A stretch of DNA of 16,764 nt from a bacterium (GTDB lineage: Bacteria; Zhuqueibacterota; Zhuqueibacteria; Oceanimicrobiales; Oceanimicrobiaceae), in contig JBHHXT010000101.1 of NCBI GenBank assembly GCA_046757165.1, positions 1 to 16,764 on the forward strand, written 5' to 3'. Of this stretch, positions 1 to 8,026 are shown piece by piece (position 1 is the stretch's first letter; every line of letters starts with the position of its first letter). The notes under the pieces are model-generated. The model made no database searches, was not told the DNA's origin, and saw only the letters and a list, made by a program, of their open reading frames with translations. Made by a program: the position numbers and the translations under genes.

Positions 1-77
1 CTTCCTCACTTTGCAAAGCACCGAATCTGCAGCTAACATCATTGCTTCATCTCACACCAATAGCCGTCGCCCCGGCA

Positions 78-1262
78 TCACCTCTCAACAATCACCGCCG
101 ACGCCTCCCCGCCGCCGATGCAGAGCGTCGCCAGGCCGCGCTTCTTGTCGTACCGCTTCATGGCGTACAGCAGCGTCGTCAGGATCCTGGCGCCGCTGGC
201 GCCGATGGGATGCCCGAGGGCCACGGCACCGCCATGGACATTCATCTTGCTCATGTCGATTCCGAGCTCCTTGCCCACCGCCAGGTTGACGACCGCAAAC
301 GCCTCGTTGATTTCAAACAGGTCGATCTCTTCCAGCCGCAGGTTGGCTTTGTCCAGAATCAATTTGATCGCATCTGCCGGAGCAGTGGTGAACCATTCCG
401 GCGCTTTGGCCGCGGAGGCCTGGGCCACCACGGTCGCCAGACAATCCAGGCCCAGTTGCTCGGCACGCTCTCGGGACATGACCACGCACGCCGCCGCGCC
501 GTCATTGATCGAGGAAGCGTTGGCCGCGGTGACCGTTCCGTCCTTTACAAAGACCGGCCGCAAAGTCGGCATCTTCTCGAAATTAGCCCGGCCCGGCTCC
601 TCGTCTTCGGAGACGAGAACCGGATCGCCCTTTCGTTGCGGGACGGTGACGGGCACGATTTCGTCCTTGAAGGCGCCGTTTTTTTGTGCTGCGAGCGCTT
701 TTTTGTAGGAGCTGATGGCAAATTCATCCTGGGCCGCGCGTGGAACCTGGCACTCCGATGCGCACAATTCGGCGGCGGTGCCCATATGAAAATCATTGTG
801 CACATCCCACAAGCCGTCTTTGACCATGCAGTCGATGAGCTCGCCGTGCCCCAGCCGGTAGCCGGTGCGCGCCCTGCTGAGCAGATAGGGGGCGTTCGAC
901 ATGCTCTCCATGCCACCGGCGACCACGATCTCCGCATCGCCGACCATGATGGCCTGGGCCGCCAGCATGACCGCCTTCAATCCGGAGCCGCACACTTTGT
1001 TGATAGTCAGACACGGCACGCTGTCCGGAATGCCTGCCCCAAGCGAGGCCTGGCGAGCAGGCGCCTGGCCGACGCCAGCCGGCAACACTTCTCCCATAAT
1101 CACTTCGCTGACTTCTTTCGCGGCGATCCCTGCCCGCGCCAAAGCTTCTTTGATGACCACGCTGCCAAGCTGCGGCGCAGCCAGTGAGCTCAATGCGCCC
1201 TGAAACGCGCCGATCGGCGTTCGGCATGCGCTGGCGATGACGACTTCTTTGAAAGTGGACAT
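78..1262 (-). CDS. Acetyl-CoA C-acetyltransferase (thiolase)
   Basis: Motifs INKVCGSG (catalytic Cys), EINEAFA, GHPIGASG and CIGGGE. ATG at 1262 with AGGAG about 10 nt upstream, preferred over the track start at 1301. Confidence 0.96.
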   Translation of the reverse strand: MSTFKEVVIASACRTPIGAFQGALSSLAAPQLGSVVIKEALARAGIAAKEVSEVIMGEVLPAGVGQAPARQASLGAGIPDSVPCLTINKVCGSGLKAVMLAAQAIMVGDAEIVVAGGMESMSNAPYLLSRARTGYRLGHGELIDCMVKDGLWDVHNDFHMGTAAELCASECQVPRAAQDEFAISSYKKALAAQKNGAFKDEIVPVTVPQRKGDPVLVSEDEEPGRANFEKMPTLRPVFVKDGTVTAANASSINDGAAACVVMSRERAEQLGLDCLATVVAQASAAKAPEWFTTAPADAIKLILDKANLRLEEIDLFEINEAFAVVNLAVGKELGIDMSKMNVHGGAVALGHPIGASGARILTTLLYAMKRYDKKRGLATLCIGGGEASAVIVER

Positions 1263-1290
1263 ATCTTTTGACTCCTGGTGTTTGAACGTT

Positions 1291-2133
1291 CTATATTTCA
1301 ACTTTTTGCAGCTGGAGCTTGCCTTCCCTTTCGCTCAACGTGCCGGCCCGAACAGAGGGCGCATGCTCAAAAAGGAGCAGCCAGTCTTCGGCGACCGCTT
1401 GCTTCAGCACGCGTTCTTTCATTTCCATGGTCGTTTTGGGATACAGGTCGTACCCCATGACGTAGGCCGTTTTCAAATGGGAATCGGTCGGCACCAGGTC
1501 GGCCAAGAAGCAGGCCGTCTTGCCGCCAGAACGGAGGACCACAATTTGATGGTCTCGTGTATGGCCGCCGGTGACCTGCACCTGCACGCCTGGAACGATC
1601 TCATGGTCGCCGGAAATCAGCTCCAGTTGCCCGGTGGCAGCGACGGCCTGCCAATTTCTGGCCAGATAGCTCCCCCGGCTCCGCGGGTCCGGATTGCGGG
1701 CATAGTCATACTCCCCCTGCTGAAAATAGTAGGTGGCGTTCGGGAACGTCGGACGTTCCCCACCATCTTCTGTCTTTTGGCAGTTGCCGCCCGAGTGGTC
1801 AAAGTGTAAATGCGTCAGAATCACCTTCGTGATGTCCCCGGGACCGAACCCGAGTTTTGCCAGACCACGCAAAAGCGCCCCGGAGAAATGGTCGATCGCA
1901 AACATGGCGGCGAACTTGTCATCGTAGAGCTCGCCGATGCCGGTATCGACCAGGATGACGTCCCGCCGGGTTTTGATCACCAGGCAGTTCAAACCCAGCA
2001 GAATCCGGTTCAGCTCGTCTGGCGGATTGGTCCGTTCCCACAGCACTTTCGGGACGACACCAAACATGGCGCCGCCGTCAAGCCGGAACAGGCCATCGCT
2101 GACGGAAAAGATTTCAAACTCGCCTAATTTCAT
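1291..2133 (-). CDS. MBL-fold metallo-hydrolase, YtnP-like
   Basis: THLHFDH (HxHxDH), GGHT, LADL and FEH metal-ligand motifs; N-terminal FRLDGGAMFGVVPK typical of the YtnP-like group. Start taken at ATG 2133 (MKLGEFEI). Confidence 0.92.
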   Translation of the reverse strand: MKLGEFEIFSVSDGLFRLDGGAMFGVVPKVLWERTNPPDELNRILLGLNCLVIKTRRDVILVDTGIGELYDDKFAAMFAIDHFSGALLRGLAKLGFGPGDITKVILTHLHFDHSGGNCQKTEDGGERPTFPNATYYFQQGEYDYARNPDPRSRGSYLARNWQAVAATGQLELISGDHEIVPGVQVQVTGGHTRDHQIVVLRSGGKTACFLADLVPTDSHLKTAYVMGYDLYPKTTMEMKERVLKQAVAEDWLLLFEHAPSVRAGTLSEREGKLQLQKVEI

Positions 2134-2215
2134 TTTCGTACACAAATTCGCATATACTATTATCCTCGATATCCTGGATAATTCATGAATTTCGCCCAAC
2201 AAGGGGCAACACGTA

Positions 2216-2265
2216 AGGAGTGAAATGCTTTAGCATTTCATGCAACGCTAAAGCGTTGCACTCCT
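2216..2265. repeat. Inverted doublet of REP-like palindromes
   Basis: AGGAG-TGAAATGC-TTTA-GCATTTCA-TGCAACGC-TAAA-GCGTTGCA-CTCCT: two 25-nt units in inverted orientation, each a perfect 8-bp hairpin. Confidence 0.8.
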
Positions 2266-2350
2266 CTTTGTCCCGTTAAGTTAGACATAATCAAGCGCTT
2301 ATATGAATGCTTGCTAATCTCTTGTGAATAGTCCAGGTTATGTTATTAAT

Positions 2351-2431
2351 CTCACGCAGAGACCGCCGAGATCGCAAAGTTTGATTGTTTCTGGACTTCA
2401 TTTCCTGCGCGCTTTGCGGACTCTGCGTGAG
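2351..2431. repeat. 27-bp imperfect inverted repeat built from 9-nt CGCAGAG-like units
   Basis: Arms 2351-2377 and 2405-2431 match at 21/27 positions; the outer 11 bp (CTCACGCAGAG) are perfect. Lies 44 nt downstream of the ACAD stop. Confidence 0.75.
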
Positions 2432-2474
2432 GCATGCGGTATCGAGTTTATGAAAAACGGTACCTAGTTAGTAG

Positions 2475-3626
2475 TTAAGCAAATTCACTCAAGATCGCAC
2501 GAGAGATAACCAGACGCTGTATTTCAGACGTCCCTTCGCCGATGACGGTGAGCTTGGCGTCGCGCCAGTATCTCTCCATGGGATAATCTTTGGTAAAACC
2601 GTAGCCGCCAAAGATTTGAATGCCATTCTTGGTTGCCCGCATCGCGGTTTCCGAGGCAAAGAGCTTGGCCATGGCCGCTTCTTTGGTAAAGGGCTTGCCC
2701 TGGTCGCGCAGCTGAGCTGCGTGATGCACCATGAGCCGTGCGCCGTGAATTTCCGTGGCCATGTCCGCGATCATCCACTTGATCGCCTGAAACTCGGCGA
2801 TGGGCTTGCCGAAGGCTTCGCGTTCATGCGCATAGGCGGCAGCTTTCTCCATCGCAGCCTGCGCCAACCCCAGAGCCATGGCGCCGATTCCGATTCTCCC
2901 CCCGTCCAGCGTGATCAGCGCTTGCCTGAATCCTTTGTTTTCCTCCCCCAGCAAATTCTCTTTCGGCACTTTGCAATTCTCGAACATCACCGATCGCGTA
3001 TCCGAGGCCCGCACGCCTAACTTGTCCTCCTTCCGGCCGACGGAAATCCCTTCAAACGCCTTTTCGACGATGAACGCCGACATGCCGTTGAAGCCAAGCT
3101 CAGGGGCCGTCTTCGCAAAAACGACAAAGTAGTCTGCCAGCCCGGCATTGGTCACATACACCTTGCTTCCGTTCAAGAGATAGTGGTCTCCCTGCAGCGT
3201 CGCGGTCGTCTTCGCGGCTGCCGCATCCGAGCCAGAGCCCGGCTCGGTCAGACAAAAGCTGCCAAGCGATCGACCCTGCGCCAGCGGTGTCAGATATTTT
3301 TTCTTCTGCTCTTCATTGCCAAACAAATAGATGGGGGTGGCACACAAAGACATGTGCGCGGCAATTGACAAACAGGTGGAGGCGCATGCTTTGGCCACCT
3401 CTTCCAGGGCTAACGCCAGACTCATCGTATCCATGCCCGCGCCCCCGTACGCCTCCGGAAAAGGAATCCCGAGCAGCCCCAGCTCTGCCATTTTTTTGAC
3501 CGTTTCCATGGGGTACTCACACGTTTCATCTATCTCCGCAGCGTTGGGCTCGATTTCATTCCGGGCGAACTCACGAACCATATCGCGCAGCATGCGTTGC
3601 TCTTCGGTAAGCTCGAAACAGGCCAT
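2475..3626 (-). CDS. Acyl-CoA dehydrogenase (short/branched-chain type, YngJ-like)
   Basis: [52 protein letters not shown] and [10 protein letters not shown] (SCAD-position catalytic Glu). AGGAG RBS upstream. Confidence 0.96.
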   Translation of the reverse strand: MACFELTEEQRMLRDMVREFARNEIEPNAAEIDETCEYPMETVKKMAELGLLGIPFPEAYGGAGMDTMSLALALEEVAKACASTCLSIAAHMSLCATPIYLFGNEEQKKKYLTPLAQGRSLGSFCLTEPGSGSDAAAAKTTATLQGDHYLLNGSKVYVTNAGLADYFVVFAKTAPELGFNGMSAFIVEKAFEGISVGRKEDKLGVRASDTRSVMFENCKVPKENLLGEENKGFRQALITLDGGRIGIGAMALGLAQAAMEKAAAYAHEREAFGKPIAEFQAIKWMIADMATEIHGARLMVHHAAQLRDQGKPFTKEAAMAKLFASETAMRATKNGIQIFGGYGFTKDYPMERYWRDAKLTVIGEGTSEIQRLVISRAILSEFA

Positions 3627-3672
3627 GCAAAACTCTCCTTATTCTTCTGGTGTTTAGACTGTAGGTTATCAG

Positions 3673-3793
3673 GCGCTTACAAAAAATCATCTACCAACGT
3701 GTTGTCGATAATTTGGAGTAATGGAGTGATGGCTGGCCGAAAATTCAACACTCCATTACTCCATCACTCCATCACTCCATTTCTTACAAGCGC
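3673..3793. repeat. MITE-like element: 15-bp imperfect terminal inverted repeats enclosing opposed 8-bp tandem arrays
   Basis: GCGCTTACAAAAAAT (3673-3687) matches the reverse complement of 3779-3793 (GCGCTTGTAAGAAAT) at 12/15. Inside are TTGGAGTAATGGAGTGATGG (3713-3732) and CAACACTCCATTACTCCATCACTCCATCACTCCAT (3746-3780). Confidence 0.7.
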
Positions 3794-3897
3794 AGTCTTG
3801 CACGAAACCTATGCTGTTAGCTTTGCGCAATGCTCTATCAAAGCGCCTAAAACCTTTTCACGCTCTAAGGCAACACAATCCTAGCCACCTCGAACCC

Positions 3898-4686
3898 TCA
3901 GCTCCCCTCATACCTGGGCGTCCGTTTTTCCTTGAATGCGGTCAACCCTTCGATCCGGTCTTTCGTGGCAATGATCTTCTCATAACAGTCAAACTCCAGG
4001 CGCAACCCTTCGTCCAATGGTTTGCTCAGTCCAGATACGATCGCGCGCTTGGCCTGCTGCACGGCAAGCGGTCCGTTGCCCGCAATTTCCGTGGCGATTT
4101 CCATTGCCTTCGCCATCATCTCATCCTGAGTCGCGGTGACGAAATTAACCGCCCCTTGCGCGAGCGCTTCCTGGGCCGTGAAAAGACGGGCGGTCGTGAT
4201 CCACAAAACTGCGTTGCTGGGTCCGACCAGACGTGTCAGGCGTTGCGTGCCGCCAGCGGCCGGCAGGATAGCCAGCGCGGTCTCACGCAGTCCGACCTGC
4301 GCCGACGCGACCATGATGCGGATATCCGCCGCAAGCGCCACCTCGAAGCCGCCGCCGAACGCACTGCCTTGCAGGGCAGCAATGGTGGGAACCGGAATCC
4401 GCGCCCATTGATTCACCGACGCGCCGATGTTCTGCACCGTCGGAGCGACCTGGTCCTCAGCCATTCCCATGCGTTCCTTCAAGTCTGCGCCCGCGCAGAA
4501 GTACTTTCCCCTGGCGGTGATAATGGCCGCCCGAACCCGGGATTGGTTGACGTCCTCCCCGATCTGCCCGGCTGCCTGGCCCAGCTCGGTCACAAGCTCA
4601 CGGTTGAGGGCGTTGACCGGCGGCCGGTCCATGGTCAGAATAGCAATATGGTCTTTAACTTCGTAATGTAGATGTTGGTAAGCCAT
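3898..4686 (-). CDS. Enoyl-CoA hydratase/isomerase, AUH/YngF-like (putative methylglutaconyl-CoA hydratase)
   Basis: FCAGADLKER, AFGGGFEVALAAD and ETALAILPAAGGTQRL (both catalytic Glu present); C-terminal DRIEGLTAFKEKR. ATG at 4686 with GGGAGG RBS. Confidence 0.93.
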   Translation of the reverse strand: MAYQHLHYEVKDHIAILTMDRPPVNALNRELVTELGQAAGQIGEDVNQSRVRAAIITARGKYFCAGADLKERMGMAEDQVAPTVQNIGASVNQWARIPVPTIAALQGSAFGGGFEVALAADIRIMVASAQVGLRETALAILPAAGGTQRLTRLVGPSNAVLWITTARLFTAQEALAQGAVNFVTATQDEMMAKAMEIATEIAGNGPLAVQQAKRAIVSGLSKPLDEGLRLEFDCYEKIIATKDRIEGLTAFKEKRTPRYEGS

Positions 4687-4760
4687 CTTCCCTCCCATTC
4701 GGGACTGCTCAGACACAAGGCTGGTATGACATTCTAGCCACTTCTCGGCGCGCCCTCCAG

Positions 4761-6152
4761 CTAGAGGCTGTTTATGGCAGACAACCCTTCGGACTGGGGC
4801 CGCACAAACCGCACCGGTTGGACTTTGCCGTCCCGTCCCCGGATACGCTTGATGGTCTTGTGCTCGAGAATCGTGTGCTCGACCAGCACATCGTCCTCGA
4901 TGGTGCAGCCTGATATGTTGGAGCTGCCGGTGATCGTAACATTTCGGCCCAATTTGGTCGGGAATTCCTCGGTGCCCGTAATCGTCACGCCATCGCCGAT
5001 GCGGCAGTTTTCGCCCAGCTCCACGACGCCGGATAGACGGGCACCGCGTCCGATTTTCACGCCCCGGTTCAAGGTGAGCCCGGTCTCGAGAAAAGCGCCT
5101 TTGCCAATGGTCAAGTCCAACGGCCCCTGCTCGGTATCAAACCTGATGATCTGCTCGACGATATCATCTGCCAGAAAGAAATCGTTTCTGTCTTCAAAGG
5201 CGACCAGATCCTTGAGCTGGCGGTAGACCTTCTCGCGCGCGATGTCGTTCATCTCACGCAGGACACTCTTGGTGTTAAAGCCAACCACAGCACGATTGTC
5301 TGCTGCCGCAATGGCGCCAACGGACAGCTGACTCGCATTGAACATCCCGATCAGGTCCGTCAGATACAACTCTCCCTGCACATTGTCGGTGTTCAGTTGT
5401 CCGATGTGTTCCTTCAGCCTATCAGCCTTAAACGCAAAAACACCGGTGTTGAATTCCTGATTTTCTATCAGACTCTGTTTCGAGAAACTGTACGTTCTGG
5501 ATCGATAGCGAACCCGATAAAGCTCGTCATCAGCGAGTGCCAGAATGTCTTTGTGCTCCTTGATCTCGATCACTTTGCCCTGGTCCGGGCCAGAGCACGT
5601 TCCGTCCACATCAACCGCCGGCACGCGCAGAATTCGACCGTAGGTGTTGCTACTGGCATCGCCGTCAAAAAGCCCGGTGAGCACCATCATGTCACATCCA
5701 CTGGAAAGAAACGCCTGCTTGAACATTCTTGTCGTCTCAGCGTCGATCAGACCCATATCGCCCGGGAAAATGTAGATATCTCCCAAAGCATCATGGTCCG
5801 GGATTTGCTCGAGTGCCACGCGCACGGCATGTCCCGTGCCGTTCTGCTGAGCCTGATAGGCAAACACCAGATGGTCCCGTCGACCGACCGTCTCGGCGAC
5901 CTCCCGCGCCTTGATGCCCACCACGATGACCTGATTGGCCGCTTGCAATCCGTCCCGCGCCGCGTTTGACACCCGCACAACCGTCGGTTCTCCCCAGATT
6001 TCATGCAGCATCTTCGAGGTGGCCGACTTGATGCGCTTTCCGTGTCCTGCGGCCAGAATAATCGCCAGTGGCTCAGTCGTTGCACCGAACGGTGAGCTCA
6101 TGGTGTCAAGATACCTGCGAATTTCCTTTCTGTTGTCATTTGCATCATGCAT
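4761..6152 (-). CDS. GlmU-like sugar-1-phosphate nucleotidyltransferase with a short left-handed beta-helix
   Basis: ILAAGHGKRIKS, QQNGTGHAV, YGRILR, EHKD, EFNTGVF and DNVQGELYLTDL match the GlmU N-domain, followed by hexapeptide repeats. ATG at 6152 with AAGGAG RBS. Confidence 0.85.
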   Translation of the reverse strand: MHDANDNRKEIRRYLDTMSSPFGATTEPLAIILAAGHGKRIKSATSKMLHEIWGEPTVVRVSNAARDGLQAANQVIVVGIKAREVAETVGRRDHLVFAYQAQQNGTGHAVRVALEQIPDHDALGDIYIFPGDMGLIDAETTRMFKQAFLSSGCDMMVLTGLFDGDASSNTYGRILRVPAVDVDGTCSGPDQGKVIEIKEHKDILALADDELYRVRYRSRTYSFSKQSLIENQEFNTGVFAFKADRLKEHIGQLNTDNVQGELYLTDLIGMFNASQLSVGAIAAADNRAVVGFNTKSVLREMNDIAREKVYRQLKDLVAFEDRNDFFLADDIVEQIIRFDTEQGPLDLTIGKGAFLETGLTLNRGVKIGRGARLSGVVELGENCRIGDGVTITGTEEFPTKLGRNVTITGSSNISGCTIEDDVLVEHTILEHKTIKRIRGRDGKVQPVRFVRPQSEGLSAINSL

Positions 6153-6192
6153 GATCAAGGCTCCTTCCTCTGGTTTTCCTTTGATGCTGATT

Positions 6193-6294
6193 TGGCTGTT
6201 GGCCACTGGCTGTTGGCATTCTGTATGTTCATGGTCCTGAGATTGTCATTGTCTGCAACCAACGTATAGCTAATGGCTAGTGGCTAATGGCAAG
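6193..6294. repeat. Two co-oriented heptamer tandem arrays (TGGCTNN)
   Basis: TGGCTGT-TGGCCAC-TGGCTGT-TGGC (6193-6217) and TAGCTAA-TGGCTAG-TGGCTAA-TGGCAAG (6267-6294). Confidence 0.7.
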
Positions 6295-6615
6295 CTCCTC
6301 CGGCACTTCGATCTCCATCAGCAAAAGTGCCTGGCCGTGCGTCTTGCCCTGAGCGTCATTGCGGAGGCTCTCACTCCCGCCGCCGCCGAGAGAATCGTGC
6401 AAAATAAAGTTCAGACAAAGCAAGTTTGGCAGCTCATAGCGGTCGACCCGGCCCTTGACAATCCCCTTGAAATGCGCTTTGACGCGCTCAGGGGTTACCT
6501 CCTTACGGATCAAGTTGAAGGCAGCTTCATTGTTTGCAATCAATCCAACGTTGGAGCTATCGCCTTTGTCGCCGGAACGGGCATGAGCAATTTCAAGTAA
6601 TCGGATTCGTTTCAC
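6277..6615 (-). CDS. Stand-alone AtuA C-terminal-domain protein
   Basis: IAHARSGDKGD, NVGLIA, RYELPNL, LGGGG and DAQGK signatures. GTG start 2 nt after the upstream stop, with GGAGG RBS at 6626-6630. Confidence 0.9.
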   Translation of the reverse strand: MKRIRLLEIAHARSGDKGDSSNVGLIANNEAAFNLIRKEVTPERVKAHFKGIVKGRVDRYELPNLLCLNFILHDSLGGGGSESLRNDAQGKTHGQALLLMEIEVPEELAISH

Positions 6616-6617
6616 GG

Positions 6618-7976
6618 TCAGACTTCCTCCACCGTAACCTTTGTTTTCACGAGTTTTTTGTCGATAAGTGCCGGCCAGTAAGCGACGATCCCCTGGGGCT
6701 TCGGCCGTCCGCCTGCAAAGCCGGTCACGCCGGGCGGGCCATTGGTGACCAAAGGCGCGATTTCCTTACCGAAGCGAACAAGCTTGTCCGGATCAGCGTC
6801 GCGTGCCGAAAGCCGCAAGACGACTTCGTTGATTTGCTCCGGAAGGGGATTGATCTCGCCGTGGCATGAGCTCAAGCCGAGATATTCCGTGTTTGTCTCT
6901 TCGTAGGTATACCCTGCCGCCTTGAGCCGTTGCCAGACAATTTCGGCACACTTTTGTGCTTTTTCATGCGCCTGCGGACCGCTGATGGTCAGGGTGCCGG
7001 AAGCTTTGTAGCCGTTGTTGTAGCTCAACGAAACCTTGTACGTCTCTGTCCCGGGTGAGCCCTTGACGCCTGACACGCGAACACGATCCTGGCCAATTTC
7101 CTCCAGGTCGAGGGTTGTGAAATCAACTTTTACATCCGGCGAGATGTAGTTTTTCGGGTCGCCCAATTCGTAAACAATCTGCTCAGTGACCGTGGCCCTG
7201 TTGACCATGCCGCCGGTCCCCTGGTGTTTTGTGACCACAAAGGTGCCGTCGCTGTGTGCTTCCACGATGGGATAGCCGATGCGCGCATAGTCGGGCACCT
7301 CCCACCAGCGCGTGAAATTCCCACCGGTCGCCTGGGCTCCGCACTCGACGATGTGGCCCGCGACCGTGCCGGCGGCCAGCTTGTCCCAATCGTCCTCCTG
7401 CCAGCCGAACTCATAAATCATCGGCGCCAGCACCAGGCCCGGGTCTGTCGCCCGCCCGGTGATGATGACCTGCGCTCCCCGGGCAAGCGCTTCGGCGATA
7501 GGAAATGAGCTGATGTAAACATTCGCCGACAGCACTTTGTCCTTCATCGAAGTCACCGCTTCGCCCGTTTCCAGGTGGTTGAATTCGACGCCGCTGGCAA
7601 TCAGCTCGGGCAGACGGTCGAGAATGTCGTCCCCTTCCACGATGCCGATCTTCAGACCCGTCAGGCCCAGCTCTCGCGCCACGGTGAACACGGCTTCGCG
7701 GCACGCTTGCGGATTGACGCCTCCGGCGCTGGCGATAACTTTGATATTCATCTCCACCAGCGTGGGCAGGGTATCTTTCATGAGCTGGACGAAATCCGTG
7801 GCAAAGCCGCGCTGTGGGTTCTTCTGCTTTTGCCGCTGCATGATGGACATCGTCACTTCGGCCAGGTAGTCGAGCGTGATGTAGTGAATCGGTCCGCCGT
7901 TGAGGAGCTGCACCGGTGCATCGATGCTGTCGCCCCAGAAGCCCTGGCCGTTTCCGATGAGGATGGGTTCCTTCAT
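6618..7976 (-). CDS. Acyclic terpene utilization AtuA family protein (DUF1446)
   Basis: IGNGQGFWGDS, DYLAEVTMSI, GGVNP, SANVY, TGRATDP, AGHIVECGAQATGGN and EQIVYE..DP..YISPDV motifs. ATG at 7976 with AGGGAG RBS. Confidence 0.93.
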   Translation of the reverse strand: MKEPILIGNGQGFWGDSIDAPVQLLNGGPIHYITLDYLAEVTMSIMQRQKQKNPQRGFATDFVQLMKDTLPTLVEMNIKVIASAGGVNPQACREAVFTVARELGLTGLKIGIVEGDDILDRLPELIASGVEFNHLETGEAVTSMKDKVLSANVYISSFPIAEALARGAQVIITGRATDPGLVLAPMIYEFGWQEDDWDKLAAGTVAGHIVECGAQATGGNFTRWWEVPDYARIGYPIVEAHSDGTFVVTKHQGTGGMVNRATVTEQIVYELGDPKNYISPDVKVDFTTLDLEEIGQDRVRVSGVKGSPGTETYKVSLSYNNGYKASGTLTISGPQAHEKAQKCAEIVWQRLKAAGYTYEETNTEYLGLSSCHGEINPLPEQINEVVLRLSARDADPDKLVRFGKEIAPLVTNGPPGVTGFAGGRPKPQGIVAYWPALIDKKLVKTKVTVEEV

Positions 7977-8026
7977 AAGCTCCCTTTTTCTTGCACAGAA
8001 ATCAAAAAGCAAAATTGAAATAGCCT

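Noticed and set aside
42..1187. 381-aa plus-strand ORF
   Set aside because: Antisense shadow of the thiolase; no recognisable motifs of its own.
1291..2133. Beta-lactamase or proven quorum-quenching lactonase
   Set aside because: Only the fold and YtnP-like family are supported; the context points to metabolism and the activity is unknown.
2194..2286. attC-like ends GCCCAAC ... GTTAAGT/GTTAGAC around a palindrome
   Set aside because: The L boxes do not pair, and there is no cassette ORF, second site or integrase.
2475..3626. Calling the ACAD a classical isovaleryl-CoA dehydrogenase (ivd/liuA)
   Set aside because: The catalytic Glu is at the SCAD position (IGEGTSE) and the IVD-type LDxER Glu is absent (LDGGR), so the substrate cannot be assigned from sequence.
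3713..3780. Possible CRISPR array
   Set aside because: Units are 8 nt and contiguous with no spacers; no cas genes in the window.
3811..4671. 286-aa plus-strand ORF, and the other short overlapping ORFs in the track
   Set aside because: Antisense or off-frame shadows of well-supported minus-strand genes in GC-rich DNA.
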